From NCBI GenBank assembly GCA_034430775.1, contig DAOUDU010000248.1, positions 16,120 through 80,119 on the forward strand: a DNA stretch of 64,000 nt. The letters run 5' to 3'. Below, piece after piece: positions 48,444 through 56,537 of this stretch; position 1 is the stretch's first letter, and each line of letters begins with the position of its first letter. The notes under the pieces were generated by a model. That model made no database searches, was not told where the DNA came from, and worked only from the letters and a program-made list of their open reading frames with translations. The position numbers and the translations under genes were made by a program. Origin of the DNA: Anaerolineales bacterium (GTDB lineage: Bacteria > Chloroflexota > Anaerolineae > Anaerolineales > RBG-16-64-43).

Positions 48444-50249
48444 TCATTTCTTTTGAGACTGTGCGTCCTGATATTCGGGGATGTCAATCATTGGCGGCCG
48501 TTCGGCTTCGATGATCTCTTCGATGTCCAGGGAATAGACACCCGCGGTCTGCCGGATCAGCTTCATGGATTTGTTGACATCCTCCACCAACCGAAGCCCA
48601 TACCGTTTTTCCAGCTTGCGCAGGAAGGCCTGCAGGATAATGAACGACATCTTGCTGAGCGCTTCGAGCGGCTGGTTATGATGCACGCGTTCCAACAAAT
48701 CCACCTGGGCGATGGCGGATAAGCCGTGTCGCTCGAAGGCGTCAATCAGCAGGCCGGTTTCCACGCCGTAACTGGAAAAGAAAGGAACCTGTTCGAGAAA
48801 GCCGCGCCGGGCGCCGTATTCCCCCGATAGGGGTTGGATGATTCCCGACAACTCCGGATAGAACAGGTTGATCAGCGGCCGTGCGGTGAGCTCGGTGACC
48901 CGTCCTCCTCCTCCGGCTTGGGTCTTGCTTCCCACTCGCAGCGGCCGGCGATAGAACGCCTTGACGAATTGAATGCGCGGATTTTGCAGCAACGGTCCCA
49001 GGACCCCATAAACAAACCGCGGATGAATGTTGACAATGTCGGTGTCGATCCATAGAACAATATCCCCTTTGGTCACCAACAGGCTCTTCCAAAGTGCCTC
49101 GCCTTTTCCGTCGCGGGGTGTCAACCCCGGCAGAAGTTCCTGGTGTATGAAAACGGGGATTCCCTGCTGGCGGGCGATTTCCCTTGTCCGGTCGGAGGAA
49201 TTTGAATCGATGAGGATGATTTCATCCAAGAGGGGCGTCTCCGTCAATAATTCCTTCTTGATGATCCGGACCACCCGGCCGACCGTTTCCTCCTCGTTCA
49301 GCGCGGGCAGGGCCAGGCTGACGGTTACCCCCTGACTTTTCTTCAACGCCATCAACTTGTCGAGATCGGAAAACTCATCCGCATGGTACGTATTTTCAGC
49401 AAACCATTTGTCGACCAGGATGGAAATCGCCTGGGCGCCGGCGGCTTCATCCAGGATCCCCACCGGAGCCGGACGCCGGCTCTTTACCGCCAGCACGGCT
49501 GCGGTGGATTCCTGAAGGATTTTATCCGCTACGGGGCCCAGCGAGACCGAACTCCTTAAGGGCTGGGATGTCGTTCCAATAATAATCAGGTTGCATCCGC
49601 CGTATTCCTGCAATATCGACTGCGCCGGATCGTGCGTTACAAGGAACCGTTTCTCCACTTCAGGCAATTGGGAAAGAACCCGATTCAATCCGCGGAAGGG
49701 CGCATCCGATTGCGAACCGGTTTTTTCCTCCGTTTGCAAATGCAGTGTGGTGATCTGCCGGTCCGTCATACTGAGTCCGGTCCGCAGCGCCAACTCGGCG
49801 TGCGGGCCGCCGCGGAGCGGGATCAGGATGCGCAGCGCCCCATCCGGAAATGGACCGCGAATTACGCCGACATTGCACGGTGGCCGCGCAAGCGCATCCT
49901 CGGGCGGAATTCCCAATGCATCAAAATGTCCGCCCCATTCCAGAAGCAGCAGATCCGGTTCGTTTTCCTCAATCAACCGGCGGAGGTCGAGCCAGGGATT
50001 GTGTGAAACGTGCACCAAAGACCTGGACCGGACCTTTTTTCCGTCGACCAGTATGCGCATCCGGTGACGCACTTTGCGGGCCATCGACGCGCCGATGCTC
50101 AGGGATTTCCCGTGTGGAACAGGCACCAATCCGACCAGGATGACGTTCGCATCCAGAGCAAGCGCAGCTTTTAATGCCGATTTACCGCGGCATCCGTAAA
50201 CCACCGGGACGAGAACAGTCCGAAAGGAGGAAAACTTCTGGGGCTTCAT
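48444..50249 (-). CDS. Fusion protein: tandem universal-stress-protein-like domains plus glucosyl-3-phosphoglycerate synthase-like GT81 domain
   Basis: 601 aa. N-terminal ~280 aa has two USP-like halves (TVLVPVVYG...; ILIPLRGGPHAE...GPVADKILQESTAAVLAVK). C-terminal half has LPALNEEETVG, IDTDIV, GGGRVTELTARPL, QPLSGEY, GVETGLLID, VHHNQPL. Confidence 0.8.
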   Translation of the reverse strand: MKPQKFSSFRTVLVPVVYGCRGKSALKAALALDANVILVGLVPVPHGKSLSIGASMARKVRHRMRILVDGKKVRSRSLVHVSHNPWLDLRRLIEENEPDLLLLEWGGHFDALGIPPEDALARPPCNVGVIRGPFPDGALRILIPLRGGPHAELALRTGLSMTDRQITTLHLQTEEKTGSQSDAPFRGLNRVLSQLPEVEKRFLVTHDPAQSILQEYGGCNLIIIGTTSQPLRSSVSLGPVADKILQESTAAVLAVKSRRPAPVGILDEAAGAQAISILVDKWFAENTYHADEFSDLDKLMALKKSQGVTVSLALPALNEEETVGRVVRIIKKELLTETPLLDEIILIDSNSSDRTREIARQQGIPVFIHQELLPGLTPRDGKGEALWKSLLVTKGDIVLWIDTDIVNIHPRFVYGVLGPLLQNPRIQFVKAFYRRPLRVGSKTQAGGGGRVTELTARPLINLFYPELSGIIQPLSGEYGARRGFLEQVPFFSSYGVETGLLIDAFERHGLSAIAQVDLLERVHHNQPLEALSKMSFIILQAFLRKLEKRYGLRLVEDVNKSMKLIRQTAGVYSLDIEEIIEAERPPMIDIPEYQDAQSQKK

Positions 50250-51508
50250 ATTCCGTCTCCCAGGTTCGCGGTTCCGTTCCGGACCTCAGCCAGCAGGGGG
50301 CCGATGCGGTCCCTGTATATCCGGTCCCAATTAAACTCCCGACGGACCTTCTCCGCCAGTTGGAAAACCGGATCGTCCCGCAGTCGCCCGGCGATGAGTG
50401 ATGCCACATGCCCGGGTTCATCTTCCGAAGAAAAATACGTTACGTTTTCTTCGCCTAATTCGCGCAGGGCCGGCAGGTCAGCGCAGAATACAGGGCTGTG
50501 GGTCAATCCCGCCTCCAAAACGGGAATGCCGAATCCTTCTTCGCGGCTTGGTAGGAACAGCGCATCAGCCAGGCGATAAAAATCGGCAATGACGGAATCC
50601 GGTAAAAAGGAATCACTTAACTCCGCCAAAAAAAAGGCGGATGCATCCAAACCAAGCCTGCCGCGCAGCGCCAGCAACTCGCGGAAATAGACTATGTTTT
50701 CAGGGTTGTGAGCGCCGACCGGGCCGGTGACGATCATGACGGCGTTTGGGAAAACATCCCGAAGCCGGGCAAGCGTGGTTAACGCCAACTCCAGGTTTTT
50801 CCGCCGCGTGATCCTTACCGGAACCAGAAGGATGGGGGCGGCCTGCCACAGGTCCAGTTCAGCAATAAAGCCGATGGTCGTTTTTTCAAGTTTGAGAAAA
50901 TCCTCAGCCAGAATGCCGTTGGGAATGACACGGATATTTTCCAGGGGGATTTCCGCCAGATCGGAAAGCTCTTGTTGCCGTGAGGCGGATATCGTCACTT
51001 GGACGGCGCCCGGCCAGTCGATGCGTAAAAGATCCCAGGGATGACCGCTGTGTAATTCCGGGAGGTAGCGCGGTGCTTTCCACGCCAAATCATGATGCCA
51101 GAGAATGAGACGGGGGAAACCCGGTTCGCGATAAAGTTGATGCAGGGCTTCGGTTAATACAAGGTTCTTGTTCAGAGAACAGACATTATGCGCAATCAAG
51201 ATATCGGCAGATTTCAGGGCGGGACGCAATTGATCCATCAGCCGGTTGACAAGGAGCGCAAAGGCGGGTGGAACACGGCCGGCATCCAATTCTTTTTTCA
51301 CCGCGAGAATTTCCGGGTCCAGCGAGTCGACCAGCGGCAGGCGGAGAAAACCGATCTTTTCATTTTGCGGCTCGCCGCGGGCAGCCAGGATCTGCACGGC
51401 ATGACCCGCGCCAGAGATCAGCCTGGCCTGATGCGCCAGGACGCTTTCCACCCCTCCGACGATCGGCGGGGCGGAATAATGCATCAGGATGATTTTCATC
51501 CGCGTCAT
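50246..51508 (-). CDS. GT4-family glycosyltransferase
   Basis: 420 aa. GGVESV N-terminal motif, EX7E motif PSREEGFGIPVLEA. Confidence 0.8.
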   Translation of the reverse strand: MTRMKIILMHYSAPPIVGGVESVLAHQARLISGAGHAVQILAARGEPQNEKIGFLRLPLVDSLDPEILAVKKELDAGRVPPAFALLVNRLMDQLRPALKSADILIAHNVCSLNKNLVLTEALHQLYREPGFPRLILWHHDLAWKAPRYLPELHSGHPWDLLRIDWPGAVQVTISASRQQELSDLAEIPLENIRVIPNGILAEDFLKLEKTTIGFIAELDLWQAAPILLVPVRITRRKNLELALTTLARLRDVFPNAVMIVTGPVGAHNPENIVYFRELLALRGRLGLDASAFFLAELSDSFLPDSVIADFYRLADALFLPSREEGFGIPVLEAGLTHSPVFCADLPALRELGEENVTYFSSEDEPGHVASLIAGRLRDDPVFQLAEKVRREFNWDRIYRDRIGPLLAEVRNGTANLGDGI

Positions 51509-51510
51509 AC

Positions 51511-52866
51511 CTATACCGCCTCGCCCAGACAGTCCGAAAGGAGATGGCGCAGCCGCCTTCGCAGGACGGAGAAGGAATAATACCGCCTCGCCAAGAGGTA
51601 ATTTTTATCGGCCCAGTTTTCGGTTTCCTCCGGATGGAGCAGGCAGTGGCGCACATTTTCCAAAGTGGCTTCATCAATGAAGCCGTTGAACTCGATCACG
51701 GAAAAACCTTTCGGTTTGATATCCACTTCGTAGATGGAATAGTTATTTACCACGATCGGCCGCCGGTAATAGACAGCCTCCAGGAAGGCATTTCCGAATC
51801 CTTCACTGCTGGAAGGATACGTCACCAGATCAGCCTGGGGATAAATATCCGCCAACGTGAAGATATTCCGGCCGTCGGGAGACAGGCCGCGATTTTCCTG
51901 TATGATATTCGCTTCAAAACCCACCTGGATATCGAGCAATTTGGCGAATTCCCGGACCCGGCGTTCATAATCCGTGCCTTCATCGCCCGCCGCGTGCGAG
52001 ATGACCAGCTTGGCGGGAATTCCCACCCGGCGGGTCAGTTCAATAGCGTGCTCGATACCTTTGCGCTGAATGATGCGGGTCGGCTGGAGAAACAACTTCT
52101 CTCCGTCGGCGACGCCAAGATTGGCGCGGATATTCATGGCGTAGGCATCCGGAGGTTTGGGGGGCTGTTCGAAATCCATGACATTCGGTATCACAACCGC
52201 CGAAATACCGGTCCGCGACGCCAGCTGGTGGGCCGCAACCGAGCTGATCACTACATGCCGGATGGAAGGCAGATGGGGCGGGAACGCGGCGGCAATGTAA
52301 TCTTTGACGCAGTTGACCTTAAAGCGACGGCGTTCCCAATGGAAGTCGTGATGGTGGGCAATCGTTGGGAATCCGGTTTCCGCGATGAATTCGGTAATCG
52401 CCAAACCCAAAGGCAGGTTCAGCGGAATAGTCAGTGCGTTCTCGACAATGAGAATATTCAGCGAGAAATCCTTGGCGAAGGCATACAGGCGCTCCTTAAA
52501 CATATCCTTCAACCCTTGGATCTGAAGCGACATTTGCGGGGGTCGGATATATATGGAGAAGTAATCCTTGTACAGGGGTGAGATCTCCGGATGCGCTGCG
52601 CGGGCCTGCGCGGTGGCGGACCAATCCCCCGCATAGGCAGTCCGGTTCATCGCGTTGATGACGGGGTGGCGGTAGAACGCTTCCGGTATCACACAGCTGC
52701 GATCTGCAGGTCGATCGGAAAGCCCTGAAAAGTAGAAGCAGGTATGACCCAATTGTTCGAGTACCTGCGCCCATTTGGATGTTTCCAGCGAGACACCATC
52801 GGTCCCTGCGAACCGGGTGGAGATGAAACCGATATGTGAGGGTTGGGAGAAGGGACTCGTGCTCAT
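51511..52866 (-). CDS. GT4-like glycosyltransferase (second, divergent)
   Basis: 451 aa. ISTRFAGTDGVSLE N-terminus, PSSSEGFGNAFLEA EX7E-type motif. Confidence 0.7.
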   Translation of the reverse strand: MSTSPFSQPSHIGFISTRFAGTDGVSLETSKWAQVLEQLGHTCFYFSGLSDRPADRSCVIPEAFYRHPVINAMNRTAYAGDWSATAQARAAHPEISPLYKDYFSIYIRPPQMSLQIQGLKDMFKERLYAFAKDFSLNILIVENALTIPLNLPLGLAITEFIAETGFPTIAHHHDFHWERRRFKVNCVKDYIAAAFPPHLPSIRHVVISSVAAHQLASRTGISAVVIPNVMDFEQPPKPPDAYAMNIRANLGVADGEKLFLQPTRIIQRKGIEHAIELTRRVGIPAKLVISHAAGDEGTDYERRVREFAKLLDIQVGFEANIIQENRGLSPDGRNIFTLADIYPQADLVTYPSSSEGFGNAFLEAVYYRRPIVVNNYSIYEVDIKPKGFSVIEFNGFIDEATLENVRHCLLHPEETENWADKNYLLARRYYSFSVLRRRLRHLLSDCLGEAV

Positions 52867-54722
52867 GCGGAATTATCCTTTTCCATTTTCGGCAGCGGTG
52901 ATTCTTCGGAGAGCGTAAGCCAGCAGGCCTGGTATGGCTCCAGACGGAACGGATCCGCCGCGGCAAGGGAAAATCGCCTGCCGCTGACCAGATCGACCAG
53001 CGCCCGATCCGGCGTAATCGGGCCGAAAATCGATTTTACATCCAGTTCAAGCGTTTGCTTCATACCAGAAACCTCGTGCAGGCAAAGTACGCGACGTCCG
53101 GTTTTCGAATGGGTTCGCAACAGGGCGAATACGGCGCTGCCACACGATACCATCTGCTGGGGGCTGAATGGGTCGAAGGCGGGCGTACTTGCCCTGGCGC
53201 GTATCAGACCGGTTAGTCCAGAAAAAACACGGCTGCGGATGCCGGTTTCCTCTGCAAGTTCGCGTTCCAGTTCCGCGCGTTCATTTTTTTGACGGTTGAT
53301 AACCCGGTTTCGTCCGCTTTGCCGGACTCCATCCCGCCAACCCCTGGATCCGAACAGACTATGAAAGTATAGCGCGGGAACTCCTGCCAGGCTGAGCAGG
53401 ATGGCATGCGCGCCGAGGAACCGCGCGATCGACCGGTCGCGCGGTTCCTCCCCGAAGGGATTGGAGAGCGCATCGAAATAATTAATATTCAATTCATAGG
53501 GTTCCGCTGTGCCGTCCGGCATCCGCCTGCATGAGACGTATCCACCGTGATCCTGTGTTGTCTGGATCAATCTTTGCAGTTCCGCTTCCGTCAGGATTTC
53601 TCTGGCCGCATTAAGACCGATACCGTCATGCGAAGCGAGGAAATTCAGGAAAGCCGTCTTCCGGCCGGGATTGGAGCGCCCACCCGCCCACTGCGAAAGG
53701 GTTTGCGCGTCTCCGGTCAGGAAGGTGTGCCATACCAGCGGGGGAAGTGCGAAGTTGTAGATTAACTGCGCTTCGTTTTCGCCGTTCCCGGCATAAGAAA
53801 TATTTTCCGCGTGCGAAACGTTCGTTTCGGTGGCAAGCAGGACGCCCGGCGCAGCTTCCTCCACAACAGCGCGCAGCAACTGGACGATTCGATGAGTCCG
53901 GGGAAGATTAATGCAGGGCGTCCCGGCTTCCTTCCAGAGATAGGCGGCGGCATCCAGCCGGATGATTGACGCGCCCCGCTCCGCATAGAAGAGCAGGAGG
54001 TCCGCCATCTGTAACAGGACGCGGGGATTTCTATAATTTAAATCCGCCTGGTCTTCACTGAATGTCGTCCAGACCGTCTTTTCCAGCGGGGGTGTGCCCA
54101 CCCGGTGAAAAAGCGGCGAGGTTCGCGGACGGACCACGTTCTCAAGTCGCGACAGATCCTTGCGTTCGATGAAGAAATCGCGGTACGGTTCCTCACCCCG
54201 GAGAAATGCCTGGAACCAAGCGCTTCGCACAGAGGCGTGATTGAGGACCGCATCGATCATCAGGCCGAATTTTTCGGACAGACGGGAGATATCATCCCAT
54301 GTTCCAAACGCCGGATCCACCTGGCGATAATCCGTGACAGAAAAACCATCGTCGGAGGTGGAGGGATAAAAAGGCAGAATATGCAAGTACCGGATGAGTC
54401 CCTGAAGTTCTCTTTGGCAGAAATCCTCAAGGACTGTAAGGGGAGGAAGACCTTCCGCGCGCAACTGATCCGGATAGGTGATCAGAATAACGTCCCGGCC
54501 GCTAAGAGGCGCCTTCCGGCTGCCGTGGAAGGTTCCTTTTTCGCGATGGCGAATCACCAGTGCGGAAAACTCATCCGCGATCCGGCCGCTGTCCGGTGCG
54601 CCATAAAGGTCTTGTAGGATTTTTTTCAATCGTGCAGTGATCGGGTTAATCGTCAAAAGTTCTCGCTCCCGGTTTTTCAGGATCGCCGGCCGGAAGTACG
54701 GCCAAAAAAAGGCGGCCTCCAA
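52863..54722 (-). CDS. GH13 sucrose-phosphorylase-like sugar phosphorylase (GH13_18-like)
   Basis: 619-aa ORF with TTG start. A more likely start is TTG at complement 54654-54656 (LTINPITARL, GGGAGCGAG upstream). ILPFYPSTSDDGFSVTDY, DAVLNHAS, IIRLDAAAYLWKE, FLASHDGIGL. Confidence 0.8.
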   Translation of the reverse strand: MEAAFFWPYFRPAILKNRERELLTINPITARLKKILQDLYGAPDSGRIADEFSALVIRHREKGTFHGSRKAPLSGRDVILITYPDQLRAEGLPPLTVLEDFCQRELQGLIRYLHILPFYPSTSDDGFSVTDYRQVDPAFGTWDDISRLSEKFGLMIDAVLNHASVRSAWFQAFLRGEEPYRDFFIERKDLSRLENVVRPRTSPLFHRVGTPPLEKTVWTTFSEDQADLNYRNPRVLLQMADLLLFYAERGASIIRLDAAAYLWKEAGTPCINLPRTHRIVQLLRAVVEEAAPGVLLATETNVSHAENISYAGNGENEAQLIYNFALPPLVWHTFLTGDAQTLSQWAGGRSNPGRKTAFLNFLASHDGIGLNAAREILTEAELQRLIQTTQDHGGYVSCRRMPDGTAEPYELNINYFDALSNPFGEEPRDRSIARFLGAHAILLSLAGVPALYFHSLFGSRGWRDGVRQSGRNRVINRQKNERAELERELAEETGIRSRVFSGLTGLIRARASTPAFDPFSPQQMVSCGSAVFALLRTHSKTGRRVLCLHEVSGMKQTLELDVKSIFGPITPDRALVDLVSGRRFSLAAADPFRLEPYQACWLTLSEESPLPKMEKDNSA

Positions 54723-54740
54723 TGAGCGACCGCCTCCACC

Positions 54741-55175
54741 GTGTTATTAAAAAAATCGATTCGCCGAATATTTCAAGTCGACTATATCAAAAACTCCTTT
54801 AAAAGGCCAGTGCCATCACGATGCTTCGAATGCATGGCGATTGGATTCTGCAGCCCGACGGATATACGCTGTCGCGGTTTGTCGGTTCCTCCGGAAGAAA
54901 ATTACATATTCTATTCCAAAGGAGTCGCCAGGGGCTCGATCGTCTGGGAAGGAAGTTCACCCGTGATTATTGACCGTACCCCGAATTATTCCTATAGTAT
55001 CGGGGTTTTCGATCTGTTCGGCGTGATGGCGTGCCTGGCCATCCTGTGCGCCCTGTCGATTCACATTCCATCTGACCGCTATTCTGCATCGTACCATCGG
55101 CCTTTTGGATACAACCGGCCGGGACGAAAATATTCCCGTGGAGTATGCATTGGATTGGGGTTGTATGCGTCCTGA
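54741..55175 (+). CDS. Low-confidence ORF in low-GC spacer (Cys-rich N-part, one hydrophobic segment)
   Basis: 144-aa ORF with GTG start. No SD and no recognisable family. Overlaps the next ORF in another frame. Confidence 0.25.
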   Translation: MLLKKSIRRIFQVDYIKNSFKRPVPSRCFECMAIGFCSPTDIRCRGLSVPPEENYIFYSKGVARGSIVWEGSSPVIIDRTPNYSYSIGVFDLFGVMACLAILCALSIHIPSDRYSASYHRPFGYNRPGRKYSRGVCIGLGLYAS

Positions 55176-55374
55176 TGTATTTAGGGATCCAAACGTTTAC
55201 TCCCCGGTCATCGTCGGATATTGCATCAACCCATTTCCTCCGCTTGGATTCATTGAAAAATCGTCAAAGGATTCTTATCATGCCTATACGGTATGGGTTG
55301 TTGTTTTCCCAAATACCTCATGGTACCTTAGTACTGTCTTGGTTCTGCTTTATAAATTACAACCTTATTACTGA
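55105..55374 (+). CDS. Low-confidence ORF in low-GC spacer (aromatic-rich)
   Basis: 89-aa ORF (TTG start; internal ATG at 55165). Ends ~50 nt before a plus-strand terminator. Confidence 0.25.
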   Translation: MDTTGRDENIPVEYALDWGCMRPDVFRDPNVYSPVIVGYCINPFPPLGFIEKSSKDSYHAYTVWVVVFPNTSWYLSTVLVLLYKLQPYY

Positions 55375-55425
55375 AAAAAACCTTTTCGCGGTGATTGGAC
55401 ATTTGAGTAATTGTCGTTTATTTAC

Positions 55426-55466
55426 AGCCTTCTCCAGATCTGAGAAGGCTCGGTGGTTATTTTTTC
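55426..55466 (+). terminator. Plus-strand intrinsic terminator candidate
   Basis: agccttctc (55426-55434) pairs with gagaaggct (55442-55450), 7-nt loop, then cggtggttattttttc. Confidence 0.5.
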
Positions 55467-55490
55467 TGGTGGATTTTATTGCCAGTTAAC

Positions 55491-56351
55491 CTACGAGATG
55501 GTAGTCTCGGAAGGTGTGAAGTCCGGTGCCAAAAAAGGGGTTGCCGTTGGCGGGGGAACCGGGGTTTCGGTAGGGGTGAGGGTTTGAGTCCACTGCGGGG
55601 GAAGGGGGAGGTCGACCGTGCTGACGGGAGCACGCGTCGGTGTGGGTGTGGCGAGTAATGTATTAAGCGCTGGTCCCAGGACACCGTAATATAAAATCAC
55701 TGCGGCGATGATCAGGACAAGCGCAACGAGAGCGATCGTTAAAATCCTGAACCACTTTCCGGCAAAAAGGGGTTTTTTCCCGGGTGGCGGCATGTGGTCA
55801 GCAGATATGACCGGAACAACCTGAGTTGGGCTGATCGGTTCCGGCTGAGCTGGGCTGATCGGTTCCGGACGAGAGGCGGGTTTTCGCTCGAAAACCGATT
55901 TTTGCACAGGCCGAAGCGGTTCGGTCGGCTGTACATCGGCGGGTTTGGGCGATGAGATGGGTGAGGGTTTAAGCTCGGGTTTAGGTTTTAGATCGAGTTC
56001 GGGTTTGGGCGCGGGTTCGGGTTCCAACGCGGGCTCGGGTTTGGGAGCAGGGGTTTGTGGCGGCCTTACGCTTTTTTTAAAAAGCTCCTCCGTCCTCCGG
56101 CCTAGAAGATGCGCCAGCTTTGATTGTGCAACCGTGTTATTGGGATTGATCTTCAGCACCCGCTCCAGACAGTCTTTCTGCTTGGCGGGGTCGGAGAGGA
56201 CATAGCTCATCAACAGCCAGGCCTGCTCCGAGGAGGGGTTCTTCATAAGGTACTGCATGAGCGTTTCCCGCGCCTGTTCCAGACGGCCGTTTTTCACCAT
56301 TTGCGTGGCGGTGTTCAGGGCGTCGGCGGGAGGCGGATTGGAATCGCTCAT
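55491..56351 (-). CDS. TPR-like / Pro-rich single-pass membrane protein
   Basis: 286 aa. N-terminal TPR-like helices (AWLLMSYVLSDPAKQKDCLERVLKINPNN), PEP/PKP-rich linker, one TM helix (ILTIALVALVLIIAAVILYY), Thr/Pro-rich exterior. Confidence 0.6.
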   Translation of the reverse strand: MSDSNPPPADALNTATQMVKNGRLEQARETLMQYLMKNPSSEQAWLLMSYVLSDPAKQKDCLERVLKINPNNTVAQSKLAHLLGRRTEELFKKSVRPPQTPAPKPEPALEPEPAPKPELDLKPKPELKPSPISSPKPADVQPTEPLRPVQKSVFERKPASRPEPISPAQPEPISPTQVVPVISADHMPPPGKKPLFAGKWFRILTIALVALVLIIAAVILYYGVLGPALNTLLATPTPTRAPVSTVDLPLPPQWTQTLTPTETPVPPPTATPFLAPDFTPSETTIS

Positions 56352-56537
56352 TAGGTTTTACCGTCCGGTATAGACCGGGTTAAGTATGGCACAAGGTGGG
56401 TGAAGTTGTCAAAAGGCAATTCCCGGAAGGCCCGCCGCCGGGTGGCATGGATTTGAGGGCCGGGTTTGATATAATTTTCTTTTGATCGTAAGCGCATTAT
56501 TACGGCGGATAATCCGTCCGAGGTTTTTGAGGAGATC

